A model generated the notes under the pieces. It was not told the origin of the DNA and made no database searches. It was given only the letters and a program-made list of their open reading frames with translations. From Paraspadella gotoi (Eukaryota; Animalia; Chaetognatha), in contig CM119265.1 of assembly GCA_051294375.1 (NCBI GenBank), positions 19,803,218 through 19,867,217 of the forward strand: DNA of 64,000 bases. Reading direction: 5' to 3'. Position numbers and translations under genes: made by a program. How positions within the stretch are numbered: the stretch's first letter is position 1; each line of letters begins with the position of its first letter. Positions 49,632 through 63,742 of the stretch are shown here, piece by piece.

Positions 49632-52600
49632 TTAATCCCCGTCGCCTATCTTCCTCGACACTCTCTCCACGCTCCCCTCCCCGTCTTCTCCTTCTCTCCC
49701 TCCCTCGCCTCCTCGAACCCCGCCCAACAACGTTGACTTCGGCGGCGGACTGGGTCTTCGCCTGATAAGTCTGGGCGCCTTCAGCGGCACGGTCCAGGCG
49801 TTCACCGAGCCGGACTTTTGTCTGAGGCGATCGACGACGGGTTGGAGCCACCGGACGCGATTCCACGACTTCCGCAGTCGCGCCTCCATGCTTTCGAGCG
49901 TCTCCAGAGGCGTGGATTCCCTGACGGCGCCGTTGGTGGCCGAGGAGGCGTCCTCGAAGGCGACGAGGCTGATCCTCTCGTGTTTGCTGACGACGAACTT
50001 GAGCGTCTCTAGCAGAGAAGAGAGTCGACCGAACTGGCGAATAAAGGCTTCTGTGTAGACAAAGGCGTTCAGCTCCTAAGAAAATAGATAGGGAAACGGC
50101 TCTGTTGCTTTTTCACAGTCCATGAAAGTTCCATAAAAAATGGAGATTCGAATTAATAAACTGAGTTTTCAAAGCATAAAGTTTTACAAAACATTGTTTT
50201 AAAAAAATCACGGAGAAACAGACCATAATTGTAATATGCTAATCAGATTTTTATTTTAAATTTAGCTTCGTTTTCAGATTTACTTCAAAACGACGCATCG
50301 GCGTCCTGGTGACGCCGGCGACGCCGTCCAAAGGTGATTCGACGCCGGGACCAAGGACGGCCAGCGGCACCGGCGGTGTCACGACGATGACGGCGACGTC
50401 GGCGGCGAGTTGAACGACGAAACCGACGAACAAACGAAAGTCTGCGAAGACAGCGTAGCGACTGGAATCGAAGGGGGCGTCGACTACGACGTCTTCGCTC
50501 TTCCATCCGTCGACAGGCAGCTTCAACTCGTCCTTCAACAACTTTCGCGCCGCTTGAAGCACGCTAGCTTGAAAGGACTCCAACGCCTGATTCTTGGTGG
50601 CGACGGCCTCGCGTCCCCAGCGCCTCAGCAGCTCCCACTCCTCCAGGGTCACGTGACTCTCGTCTCGGACGCGAACGACCGGAAGCATTGACGGATGTGA
50701 CGTCGATGCGAAGACGTCGACGCCATGAAGGCCGCTGCTGAGCTGCAGGAAGGCGAGGTAGAGGCCGGACGGCAGCGGCGTCAGTGCCGAGCGGAGCCGT
50801 GGCAGCAACAGCGTCGGTAAAGAGTGTAGCATGGCCTCGGTTGCGCGGTACCAGGATTGGGAGGTTGGCGGCGGAAGAGTGGTCGTTGTCGTCGTCGTCG
50901 GGGGATCACGCGTCAGCGAGAGGCGCCTCTTCTGTTTGACGAGCGTGTCGACGTCGATCCACTGACCGCCCCAGCCAGCGGCCACGCTGGGGTCGAGACG
51001 GGCGTCCTCGGGGACGTCGACGATGAGGTGGAGGACGAGGACGCGGCGGTGGAAGAGATCATGGCGCTGAGGTTCGTTGGATTGGTTCTCCTTGCCTGTC
51101 TTCTTCCTGCGACGGTTGTGATGGACCCCTTCCCCCAACCTGTCGACCGCCAGCTTTCCTAGGTCAGACAGGCCGCCCAGCAGATTCTGCGCCTGGGCGA
51201 TAGTCTGCAACACGGCCAGTCGCCTGTCGAAAGTCGGCGAGAGGTTGGGACCCACTCCCGCGAGGTCCGATCGACTCTGGAGGCTCTCCAATTCGGCGAG
51301 GTGGAGCTTGAGGTCTTTCCAACCCGAATAGGCCATCCGCCGCAGCCAGGTCAGGTCAGATTGGGAGAGAGGGTCGTCGTCTGCGCCGCCGGCGCTGCTC
51401 GACCAAACGGAGGCGTCAGCCGACACGCGGAGCAGCGGCGTTACCAGATCGGGCGTCGTCAGAACTCGACCGGCGCCGTCGATAACGATTACGTTGACGA
51501 AGACGGCGTCGCCACCGGCGGCGTCGGGTTTGAGGCCCTTGAGAAATTTGGGGTTGGCCCCGAACAAATCCTTGAGAGTCGATTTGGCCGAGTGGGAGCG
51601 CCACTTGGCGGCTTTGGAGGAGGTGGCGGAGGAAGGCGTGGAGGATGGTGGAGTTGTTGATAAGTAGCTGGTAATATTGTAGAATAAAGATTTACATATC
51701 TAAATATTATTGAACTACTTCCCTTCAAATAGTTTTTTCTTCTGTTATAAACATTCAATTCGAACATTATCTAATGAAAAGCTTTTAAAATTATTACAAC
51801 AATATGCAAATGATTTTTTCGTTACCAGTTTGTCGTCTGGTTCATGGCGAGAGTCGTCGCGAACGACATCTCGTTTGCGATTGGCAGCGGCCGCATCCGA
51901 ATTCCTTCGAAGTTGACGAAGTCGTGGGGGACGTTTCTAAGCTCGTAAAGCATCTCCGTCGCCGCCTCCGCGTGTGGCCCCGCCACGGACATTTCTGGCA
52001 TCGAAGCGGAGGCGGGTTGATCCCCTAAGGTAGGCGTGCCGGGTCCGGAAGGCACGGGCGAGGCTCCGGTGGGAGTGGTGGCCCCGGGAGTGACGGAGGC
52101 GCTGGTGGGGGCGAGAGAATTCAAAACGAAGGACGGGGCGGAGTTGAGGGCGTTGGCGGCGGCGGCGAGGGATTTGGGCGAAACGGTGGAGGAGTCGACG
52201 ACCTCCTTGGCCTGACTCCAGGACGAGGGAATCGCGGACGGAGGCGTGGAGAGAACGGCGACCCCGTAGCCGACGAGGTCGTCGTCGTCGCGGGAATTGA
52301 GGTCCTCTTGGAAACTCACTCTGGGGGAAAAAAAAGTGGTGATAATATAACATACGTTATATAATACTTTCTTTATTTGCAAGATATTGTATACAGGATA
52401 TAAAAGATTAGTCGAACCTTTTTTACTTGCCTTTTTTCTTCCCTATGGAATTCGCTCAGTCAAATCAACAATTTCCCCTAGAACTCTTTTTCACCAAGAC
52501 TGGCACGACTCCAATATCCTAGCCGGCGTCCACAACGCTAAGTCTCTCTGTTTTTCTTGTTCACAAAACAAATTTCTTCGCCATTTTCACCGCGTCGGCA

Positions 52601-53534
52601 CCGGATACCAAAAAAAAATACCAATAAAGAAAACCTCCAAAACAGGTCAGTGATCACCCACCTATCCATTTCACATTCACTGTATCCACCACCATCTCAC
52701 CCCAACCTGCAAAAGTATCTCTTCCCAGAAACGAGTCCGTGAATGACGGCGATGACGTCATCGGAGGTCGCGTTCGTGTAAAACGCCGTCCCCTCGATTT
52801 TGGCGAAGTTTTCCTTTTGGCTCCACTCCACTTTGGCCATGAAGTTTCCGATGAAGGAGAGTTGAGTTGAGGACTTGGCCCGAGAAGGCGGCGTCGGCGG
52901 CGTCGGCGGCGTCGGCGGCTTCGGCGACGTCAATGGCGGCACGAGCGGCGACGCCAAAGTCAGCTTCGTTGCCGTTGTCGTCGTCGTCGTCGCCCTCGCC
53001 ACCCAAACTTCTTCCAATGGCTCCACGCGCTCCTCCGCCGCCCAGAGGTGACCCTTGACCGGACGACCCGCGCGACCCCACGAGCCGGACACCCAAACGG
53101 CGTCGTTTTCGGCGCCGGCGACGCCGTCGCTCCAGAGCGTTTCCGGAACGACGTCGGCGGCGCTAACGGCGCCATTTCCGTTACGAGTGTTTTTGTTTTC
53201 CTCCGTTTCTTCCTTCTTTTGTCGTGACCGAGTCGTTTCGCCGGACGACGGTCGTTTCTGTTCTCGCTGGAGGAAAGGCTGCTGCTGCTGCTGCGACGGC
53301 GGAGGCTGTTGCTGCGGCTGCGAGTTTTGTTGCGCTGCCGATACCGCATGTCCTTGCCGTCTTTCGGATCGAACAGGAAACTTCCATTTGAGCCGAAGCG
53401 AGGTGGCGCTGGCCACGACGAGTTTTACTTCGATGTTCTCGGCCTCCACGCCCACTAAGCGATGGAACGTCCGGTTTTCAGTCTCCGTCTTCATTTCCGG
53501 TTCGACGGTCTCGAAGATTTTTATTTCCTCATTT
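49632..53534 (-). CDS. ANKFN1: ANKFN1 / wide awake (banderuola)-like protein: FN3 domain and conserved C-terminal region; 5' exons not identified
   Basis: Phase-consistent exons 53534-52707, 52320-51826, 51667-50284 and 50075-49632 (stop). Motifs SATSLRLKW..KVEWSQKENF..GLVSGKRYFCRVS..GYG..STPPSAIPSSW, LKDLFGANPKFLKGLK, DLTWL, LPSGLYLAFLQLSSG..MLPVVRVRDESHVTLEEWE, RRFE..FIRQFGRLS and WNRVRWL parallel recalled ANKFN1 motifs (KVEWS; PSNW; LFHSSNKFVKTLK; LSPGLYLGYLKLCSS; ISREEWEW; YCRLS; WREMRWI). Confidence 0.85.
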
Positions 53535-54794
53535 CTAGATAATATGGATTTTTTTAAAATTATCTAATGTTGTTTGATGTTTGTTGTTTTGATGAAAATC
53601 AAGATTACACAGAATTTGTTTTGATGAAAATTTGTATTTCACAGATTTTTTTTATTTAGAAACTTTGTTTAAGTTTTTGATTTTTGAAAAATAGTTAGTG
53701 CCGATAGAATATATAGTTGTATACTATAAAAATATGTCAATCGTTAGAGTGATGTTTCCATAAATCATTTATAATTTAAATAAACTTTTCAAGTCAACTT
53801 TTTGTTTTCTGACGAAAAAAAAAGAAAAGAAGAATAGAAAAATGGAATTTTTGAAGGGGAAGAAATAAATAATAGAAATTGTTTTCGTTTTCGGCTTTTC
53901 TCTTTGGCGAAAGGCGTTAATTACTGTGGGTCGGGATTTTTCTCTTCCTCTTAATCCAAAGGTTGAAAAGGTGAAATGCCCCCCGTCAATAAAAATGGGT
54001 CATAAAACGGGAAAAATGCGTCGGTTTTCGCGATGCATCGCGCGGATTTTCCCTGGAGGTTCGATGAGATATTATTATTCTTTGGTCCGGGGTCGAGAGA
54101 GATGGTTGTTGGCGTGCACCGTACCCAAATGGATTGTGGTGTATATTGTTTCTATTGGTATAGATGTGGGAATATTTTTTTTTCACGAAAAGCATGTTTG
54201 GTCGGATAACAGATTCGTTCGTCCCATCGCGAAAGAAAACTTGGGGTTTCTTCTTCGATGTATTTTTTACAAAAACGTTTACAATGGTTTACTTCTCAAC
54301 AGGACAACACTAAGAGACTGATACACAAGGTTTCCGCCATATTCCACAACAGTGTCGATGTGAACATTTAGGGTCTTTTTTGTCGGTTTTATTGAGCGAA
54401 AATGTCGGCCTTTAAGGTCGACCCAAAAAAAAATTTGCTAGCGACCCCGTTAGTTGTCGATTTTGGTCGCTATGGTGGTACCGGGGAGCGAAGGTTTGGG
54501 CTCTGAATCAAAATTTATTTCGTGTTTTACAATTTTTAAAATTAGGACAAAGTATAGGGCATTTTTTGGAACGTCGTTCGTCTTTTTCTCTTTTTTTTTC
54601 TGTGATTTTTTTTCTCTACATCGATTGAGAATGACTCGTTAAAGATTCACATCACGTCGACAGCGAATTTACCAAAGTTTTTTTTTCTTGACGTTTAAAA
54701 AAAATAAAAAGAGTTTTTTTTTTTTTGTGAGGGAAAAATCAAAACACAAGGAGAATTTTATTCGTCCCTGCTTGGATATTGAGGAGAGGAGAGG

Positions 54795-54801
54795 AAAGAA
54801 A

Positions 54802-54862
<61 letters not shown>

Positions 54863-54879
54863 AGAAAGAGAGAGAGAGA

Positions 54880-54940
<61 letters not shown>
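54795..54940. repeat. (GAAA)n-(GA)n compound microsatellite (representative of many (GA)n/(CT)n tracts in the window)
   Basis: Direct inspection. Confidence 0.95.
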
Positions 54941-54942
<2 letters not shown>

Positions 54943-55141
54943 GTGCACATTTAGGAGGCGGCGTCTTCAGTTCTCTCGCGTTTTATCATAAAATCTCCAT
55001 CATTATTTTTTTTTCTTTTTTTTACGAACGACATGAAGAAAAAAATTGAAATAATTTTTTTTTTCTGATCCAAAAAAAAAATGACGAAAAGCCGAAGTCC
55101 CTCGGCGTCTTCGGAGAGAGAAAAATATCTATCTCTGCTGG

Positions 55142-55247
<106 letters not shown>

Positions 55248-56376
55248 AAGAAATTATTCAATTTGTTTATCTCATCCTTCATAAACATTCAGAAATGACC
55301 GAGCGAAACTGAGCTAATTTCAAAATAAGTTTCCGTTCTATATTCCGTAAAATATCCATATCGCAGCCATCCTAATCTATCGACCTTCAAAAAGGAACGC
55401 ATTTTCGGAATGATTAAAATACTTTTGGAACGAGAGAGGTTTGGAAAAAAAAAATAACATCTCCCGAGGTTAATGCTTTTTACGCGACCGTTTAGCCAAT
55501 TAAAGGAAGAGTTTGGGAAAAATGAAACGGCGTCCGAAATTGGACGGATTTACGGCGAATCGAGACTCATTACCGTAAACCAGATAAAATTACGTTAATG
55601 CGGCAAGACGCGAGAAGACGTTCACTTTAGGCTAGGACAAACATGTCGACATGCCTCGTCGACCGATTTGCTCGGTAGAAGCAGGAAAGTACGGAGGGTA
55701 ACGCACGGAGTTTAAAAACAGAATTTAAAGAAAATGAATCGGTGCGCGATTTATTCGATATAAACATTATGTTTTTAAGTTTCCAAGAAACCTCGTTTGA
55801 AAGTCGACGCGCGATCTTGGGTTTTATCTTTTTACACGAACGTCGATTTGTTTTTTTATAGCGCGAAGAGAATAAAGAAACAGAACATTATTTAAGGGGA
55901 AAAAAATGTTTCTTTTTCATTGTTGTAATTCTAAAGAAATTCATTCCATAGAAATATTATTATGTTCAGGGATAACAATTAAATACTCTTAGAAGTTAAG
56001 TTTTCCCCAAGTTTTTTTTTTTTTCGTTTTATACTTTTTTAAGACCTTCTCCCTCCCAACGTTAACAATTGTCCCTAATGATCTTTTTAACTTTCACTCT
56101 CCGTCGGTCACGCAAAACATTCACTTAATTAATTCATCCGTCGTTGTCGATAAAACGTTCATAGAATCATAGGATTCCTTATTGGCTCGTTCATCGAATT
56201 TCATTCTCTTCATTCCTTGATTCATGGGTTCCGCTCGGCTGTGAGTTCGCGGGTCATTTGCCTCGTATCACAATCGTTGAAAACCGAGTTATCCTTCCAT
56301 TAAGAAGACGGTAATCACCTTTTTTCTCTCTCTTTCTCTCGATCAGAAAAANNNNNNNNNNNNNNNNNNNNNNNNN

Positions 56377-57751
56377 TGCGGCGGCGGCGAAGGGGATTTG
56401 GGCGCAAACGGTGGAGGAGTCGACGACCTCCTTGGCCTGACTCCAGGACGAGGGAATCGCGGACGGAGGCCGTGGGAGAGACGCGCGACCCGTAGCCGGA
56501 CGAGGTCGTCGTCGTCGCGGAATTGAGGTCCTCTTGGAACCTCACTCTGGGGGAAAAAAAAGTGTGATAATATAACATACGTTATATAATACTTCTTATT
56601 TGCAAGATATTGTATACAGGATATAAAAGATTAGTCGAACCTTTTTTTACTTGCCTTTTTTCTCCTATGGAATTCGCTCAGTCAAATCAACAATTTCCCC
56701 TAGAACTCTTTTTTCACCAAGACTGGCACGACTCCAATATCCTAGCGCGGCGTCCACAACGCTAAGTTCTCTGTTTTTCTTGTTCACAAAACAAATTTCT
56801 TCGCCATTTTCACCGCGTCGGCACCGGATACCAAAAAAAAATACAATAAAAGAAAACCTCCAAAACAGGTCAGGATCACCCACCTATCCATTTCACATTC
56901 ACTGTATCCACCACCATCTCACCCCAACCTGCAAAAGTATCTCTTCCCAGAAACGAGCGTGAATGACGGCGATGACGTCACGGAGGTCGCGTTCGTGTAA
57001 AACGCCGTCCCTCGATTTTGGCGAAGTTTTCCTTGGCTCCACTCCACTTTGGCCATGAAGTTTCCGATGAAGGAGAGTTGAGTTGAGGACTTGGCCCGAG
57101 AAGGCGGCGTCGGCGGCGTCGGCGGCGTCGGCGGCTTCGGCGACGTCAATGGCGGCACGAGCGGCGACGCCAAAGTCAGCTTCGTTGCCGTTGTCGTCGT
57201 CGTCGTCGCCCTCGCCACCCAAACTTCTTCAATGGCTCCACGCGCTCCTCCGCCGCCCAGAGGTGACCCTTGACCGGACGACCCGCGCGAGCACCCACGA
57301 GCGGACACCCAAACGCCGTCGTTTTCGGCGCCGGCGACGCCGTCGCTCCAGAGCGTTTCCGGAACGACGTCGGCGGCGCTAACGGCGCCATTTCCGTACG
57401 AGTGTTTTTGTTTTCCTCCGTTTCCTTCTTCTTTTGTCGTGACCGAGGTCGTTTCGCCGGACGACGGTCGTTTCTGTTCTCGCTGGAGGAAAGGCTGCTG
57501 CTGCTGCTCGCGAGGGGCGGAGGCTGTTGCTGCGGCTGCGAGTTTTGTTGCGCTGCGATACCGCATGTCCTTGCCGTCTTTCGGATCGAACAGGAAACTT
57601 CCATTTGAGCCGAAGCGAGGTGGCGCTGGCCACGACGAGTTTTACTTCGATGTTCTCGGCCTCCACGCCCACTAAGCGATGGAACGTCCGGTTTTCAGTC
57701 TCCGTCTTCATTTCCGGTTCGACGGTCTCGAAGATTTTTATTTCCTCATTT
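56377..57751 (-). pseudogene. Frameshifted duplicate of the ANKFN1 FN3 exons
   Basis: The same peptide as 52697-53494 is split over three frames (ORFs 57379-57711, 57176-57604 and 56919-57566). Confidence 0.75.
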
Positions 57752-59107
57752 CTAGATAATATGGATTTTTTTAAAATTATCTAATGTTGTTTGATGTTTG
57801 TTGTTTTGATGAAAATCAAGATTACACAGAATTTGTTTTGATGAAAATTTGTATTTCACAGATTTTTTTATTTAGAAACTTTGTTAAGTTTTTGATTTTT
57901 GAAAAATAGTTAGTGCCGATAGAATATATGTTGTATACTATAAAAATATGTCAATCGTTAGAGTGATGTTTCCATAAATCATTTATAATTTAAATAAACT
58001 TTTCAAGTCACTTTTTGTTTTCTGACGAAAAAAAAAGAAAGAGAAATATAGAAAAATGGAATTTTTGAAGGGGAAGAAATAAATAATAGAAATTGTTTTC
58101 GTTTTCGGCTTTTCTCTTTGGCGAAAGGCGTTAATTACTGTGGGTCGGGATTTTTCTCTTCTCTTAATCCAAAGGTTGAAAAGGTGAAATGCCCCCGTCA
58201 ATAAAAATGGGTCATAAAACGGGAAAAATGCGTCGGTTTTCGCGATGCATCGCGCGGATTTTCCCTGGAGGTTCGATGGATATTATTATTCTTTGGTCCG
58301 GGGTCGAGAGAGATGGTTTTGGCGTGCACCGTACCCAAATGGATTGTGGTGTATATTGTTTCTATTGGTATAGATGTGGGAATATTTTTTTTTCACGAAA
58401 AGCATGTTTGGTCGGATAACAGATTCGTTCGTCCCATCGCGAAAGAAAACTTGGGTTTCTTCTTCGATGTATTTTTTCAAAAAACGTTTACAATGTTTAC
58501 TTCTCAACAGGACAACACTAAGAGACTGATACACAAGGTTTCCGCCATATTCCACAACAGTGTCGATGTGAACATTTTAGGGTCTTTTTTGTCGGTTTTA
58601 TTGAGCGAAAATGTCGGCCTTTAAGGTCGACCCAAAAAAAATTTGCTAGCGACCCCCGTTAGTTGTCGATTTGGGTCGCTATGGTGGTACCGGGGAGCGA
58701 GGTTTGGCTCTGAATCAAAATTTATTTCGTGTTTTAAATTTATAAATTAAGGAAAGTATGGCATTTTTTGGAACGTCGTTCGTCTTTTTCTCTTTTTTTT
58801 CTGTGATTTTTTTTCTCTACATCGATTGAGAATGACTCGTTAAAGATTACATCACGTCGACAGCGAATTTACCAAAGCTTTTTTTTCTTGACGTTTAAAA
58901 AAAAAAAGAGTTTTTTTTTTTGTGTGAGGGAAAAATCAAAACCAAGGAGAATTTTATTCGTCCTGCTTGGATATTGAGGAGAGGAGAGGGAAAGAAAGAA
59001 AAGAAAGAAAGAAAAAAGAAAGAAAGAAGAAAAGAAAGAAAAGAAAGAAAGAAAGAAAGAAAGGAAAGAGAGAGGAGATAGAGAAGAAGAGAGAGAGAGA
59101 GAGGAGA

Positions 59108-59148
<41 letters not shown>

Positions 59149-59345
59149 GTGCACATTTAGGAGGCGGCGTCTTCAGTTCTCTCGCGTTTTATCATAAAAT
59201 CTCCATCATTATTTTTTTTTTCTTTTTTTACGAAACGACATGAAGAAAAAAATTGAAATAATTTTTTTTTCTGATCCAAAAAAAAATGACGAAAAGCCGA
59301 AGTCCCTCGGCGTCTTCGGAAGAGAAAAATATCTATCTCTGCTGG

Positions 59346-59442
<97 letters not shown>

Positions 59443-60537
59443 GAATTATTCAATTTGTTTATCTCATCCTTCATAAAACATTCAGAAATGACCGAGCGAA
59501 ACTGAGCTAATTTCAAAATAAGTTCGTTCTAATATTCCGTAAAATATCCATATCGCAGCCATCCTAATCTATCGACCTTCAAAAAGGAACGCATTTTCGG
59601 AATAGATTAAAATACTTTTGGAACGAGAGAGGTTTGGAAAAAAAAAATAACATCTCCCGAGGTTAATGCTTTTTACGCGACCGTTTAGCCAATTAAAGGA
59701 GGAGTTTGGGAAAAATGAAACGGCGTCCGAAATTGGACGGATTTACGGCGAATCGAGACTCATTACCGTAAACCAGATGAAATTACGTTAATGCGGCAAG
59801 ACGCGAGAAGACGTTCACTTTAGGCTAGGACAAACATGTCGACATGCCTCGTCGACCGATTTGCTCGGTAGAACAGGAAAGTACGGAGGGTAACGCACGG
59901 AGTTTAAAAAACAGAATTTAAAGAAAATGAATCGGTGCGCGATTTATTCGATATAAACATTATGTTTTTAAGTTTCCAAGAAACCTCGTTTGAAAGTCGA
60001 CGCGCGATCTTGGGTTTTATCTTTTTACACGAACGTCGATTTGTTTTTTTTATAGCGCGAAGAGAATAAAGAAACAGAACATTATTTAAGGGGAAAAAAA
60101 TGTTTCTTTTTCATTGTTGTAATTTAAAGAAATTCATTCCATAGAAATATTATTATGTTCAGGGATAACAATTAAATACTCTTAGAAGTTAAGTTTTCCC
60201 CAAGTTTTTTTTTTTTTCGTTTTATACTTTTTTAAGACCTTCTCTCCAACGTTAACAATTGTCCCTAATGATCTTTTTTAACTTTCACTCTCCGTCGGTC
60301 ACGCAAAACATTCACTTAATTAATTCATCCGTCGTTGTCGATAAAACGTTCATAGAATCATAGGATTCCTTATTGGCTCGTTCATCGAATTTCATTCTCT
60401 TCATTCCTTGATTCATGGGTTCCGCTCGGCTGTGAGTTCGCGGGTCATTTGCCTCGTATCACAATCGTTGAAAACCGAGTTATCCTTCCATTAAGAAGAC
60501 GGTAATCACCTTTTTTCTCTCTCTTCTCTCGATCAGA

Positions 60538-60541
<4 letters not shown>
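56377..60541. repeat. Tandem direct duplicate of ~52155-56351 (noisier copy)
   Basis: Starts after the 25-N gap with GCGGCGGCG..GGGATTTGGGCG (= 52155ff) and ends CTCGATCAGAAAA (= 56340ff). Confidence 0.97.
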
Positions 60542-60592
<51 letters not shown>

Positions 60593-62219
60593 GAGAGAGA
60601 TAGATTAACCGTTCGTTTCCACATCGGCAAATAGAACTGGAAAAAAAAAGGCTCTTTTTTTCCCCCACTTTCATCATGTGAACTAATATTGTGATAACTC
60701 CGTTTTTAACGAGGCCATAATGCTTTGCGACGTTGAAACGAAGGAGGCGTTTCCGTCGGTGACGATTCCCTTTTATTTTTCGTGAAAAAATAAGTCGCGT
60801 TTGTTTTAGTGGCAAAGTTTTGTGTCGCTCCCGTTAAATCGATTCGCGTTCGGAGGCGTCTTCCCCGTGTTCGCTAACGCGTCGCCAAATTCAAGATTCA
60901 CGGTGAGAATTTGCTTCGCTTGTTTAACTCGTCTTTTCTTTCGTGAGATTCACGCCGTCGAGGAGAAGATCCGAATCACAAATTGTCTCTTTAGCTCAAC
61001 ACCGACACTTCACGGAGCCTCACTTCACCTGACAACTCGATTCGCCGCGACTTATCTAACCCAACCGCACCAATCACCGATTCACCTTTCACCACGACTA
61101 CATTGTCTCTCAATGTCATGATTATTATGCAAAACAATTTCAATTTACATCTTTTTTTATACCAACGGTTATTGAATTTAATTAATCTAGATTTTAATAG
61201 TGGCATGTGCAGTTGACTCATGACAGTTTATCTAACCGTTTCTAAGTTAATACTTCGACTGTATTCCACATTATTCCCACTTTTCACTTTTTCACGACAT
61301 CTTCACATCCTCTCTTTGGCATTTCCTTTCACTCTCATTCCGACGACGACTCACACTGATTCCTTCACTTTTTTCATTCTCACCACGAAAAGATTTCCCG
61401 AGCAAAAAAAAAGGAAAACAAACAAAAGCAAAAATCTTTTTTTTTTCTTTTTGTTTTCCTTTTTTTTCCTTTTCTTCCTCTTTGAGGTTTACTTTCCTCT
61501 CTTTCCTTCCATTCCGCTTATTTATCTTAATTCTTCCCGAAGACTCAGACTCAGACGCGTGAAAGTCGCTTTTCTTTTTTCTTCTTTTTTTTTCCTCTGT
61601 TTTTTTCTCTTTTGTTTCCTCCGCCTTTTTTTTCTTTTTTTTTCCTCTTTTAAGTTTCGTTTTTTCCGATTTTCTCCCGTTTCCTCTTTTCACTTTCGAC
61701 GCCAATAACCATTCCGTATTTTTCAAAGTTTAGGGAGGGCGACGAAGCAGAATGGGCAACCGGGTGCTTGGCTGAAAACAGATTGCGCCGGATGCAGCAA
61801 ATTGTTGCTGCTTGGCAACAGGACAAGAGGCGAAGTAAGGGAGCTAGCTTTTCGCTTCGGCGTCTTACAGTTTTCCCTCGATGCACAAATGTTATTCCCT
61901 TAATGGTTAACATAATCTCATTTGCATGACGAAACGATTATTTCACCGCAAACGATTTTCGTTGCAGAATTTGCGACCCCGATGATCGATGAAGGCTGAA
62001 ATTTTGTGCCAATTAAGATAATTTTCAATATAAAAAAAAACTTCATATGTTGTATTGAATTTCTATTTTTATCCGAAAAGAGTTGGCGGTTTCTACTACG
62101 TACTTAAGAGTTTATTCTATTGTTTTAATAGAGAAAATAAGAAACCATCATCATACTTATTTATTTTCTGAAATTTCACACGGCAATTCTCAGTGAGTCT
62201 CTCTCTCTCTCTCTCTCTC

Positions 62220-62754
62220 NNNNNNNNNNNNNNNNNNNNNNNNNNNNNNNNNNNNNNNNNNNNNNNNNNNNNNNNNNNNNNNNNNNNNNNNNNNNNNNNN
62301 NNNNNNNNNNNNNNNNNNNNNNNNNNNNNNNNNNNNNNNNNNNNNNNNNNNNNNNNNNNNNNNNNNNNNNNNNNNNNNNNNNNNNNNNNNNNNNNNNNNN
62401 NNNNNNNNNNNNNNNNNNNNNNNNNNNNNNNNNNNNNNNNNNNNNNNNNNNNNNNNNNNNNNNNNNNNNNNNNNNNNNNNNNNNNNNNNNNNNNNNNNNN
62501 NNNNNNNNNNNNNNNNNNNNNNNNNNNNNNNNNNNNNNNNNNNNNNNNNNNNNNNNNNNNNNNNNNNNNNNNNNNNNNNNNNNNNNNNNNNNNNNNNNNN
62601 NNNNNNNNNNNNNNNNNNNNNNNNNNNNNNNNNNNNNNNNNNNNNNNNNNNNNNNNNNNNNNNNNNNNNNNNNNNNNNNNNNNNNNNNNNNNNNNNNNNN
62701 NNNNNNNNNNNNNNNNNNNNNNNNNNNNNNNNNNNNNNNNNNNNNNNNNNNNNN
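62220..62754. other. Assembly gap (535 N) flanked by (CT)n and (AG)n
   Basis: N run. Confidence 1.
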
Positions 62755-63014
62755 AGAGAGAGAGAGAGAGACGCACAAAAAGAGATTTTGGAAGTTTGAA
62801 AAATTAAATCATGTATAAAAGAAATAACGGGTGAGTTTTGACAAAATTTGCTCGAAAATCTAAATGCCAAAACCATACTATAGTATTACTAATTTACTAT
62901 ATCTCCACTAGTTCGACTCTCACTTCACCGAACACCAATCCCCACTTTTAACTTTTCTCTTTTTTCCCGTCATTTCATCTTCCCGACAAAACTGACAGCG
63001 ATTCACATATTTTA

Positions 63015-63704
63015 TAGACGACGACGACGACGACGACGACGAAGACAACGACGACGACGAAGACGACGACGAAGACAACAACGAAGACAACAACAACGAA
63101 GACAACGACAATGACGACTTTGTCTCAACAGCAACAAAACATATGTGGTCGACGTCGCGAATTCGATTCCGACTAAAACTAATTTTCAACGCGTGGGCGG
63201 AGGATTATAACAACAACAACAACGACAACGGAACCAACGACATAAACGACAACTTTACAAAGTTACTTTCTTGGATGCATTTACACTTTCATGTTTGTAC
63301 TTTTATCCCCTCGAACTCAATTCACCATATTTTCCCCGATCTACCATTTTTCTTTTTCTTACTCCTTCTCCTTTTTGTTTTCCCCCCGGAGGCCTCTTTC
63401 CTCCTTCCCCCCTTCTCCCTCTTTCCTCCCCCTCCTCCTCTTCATCCTCTTCCTCCGTCTCCTTCGACGTTTTACGACCGAAAGAAAGAAAAGTATTCCT
63501 TTTCATCTTTTTCTCGCTTTCCGCTTCTTTCGCTTTTTTTTTTTCCGCTTTCGACTTTCGCTTCAAACTCGCGATTCCGACTCTGGGTTTTTTGAGCTCC
63601 GCGGATTTCCCATCTTGGTGGTTCCACTTGAAGAAAAAAAAAGAAAAAAAAAGAAATGCCATCTCACGACGACCAGCGAAAATACCACAACAACAACGAT
63701 CTCA

Positions 63705-63742
<38 letters not shown>

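Noticed and set aside
53986-54410. Possible upstream ANKFN1 exon (duplicated at 58190-58620)
   Set aside because: The two copies disagree in frame and no ankyrin consensus is visible.
55640-55658. AAACATGTCGACATGCCT resembling a p53 response element
   Set aside because: The CATG cores are 4 nt apart rather than the canonical 6. It is only a short palindrome.
62117-62876. Long ORFs through N runs (also 22568-22981)
   Set aside because: Artefacts of translating assembly gaps.
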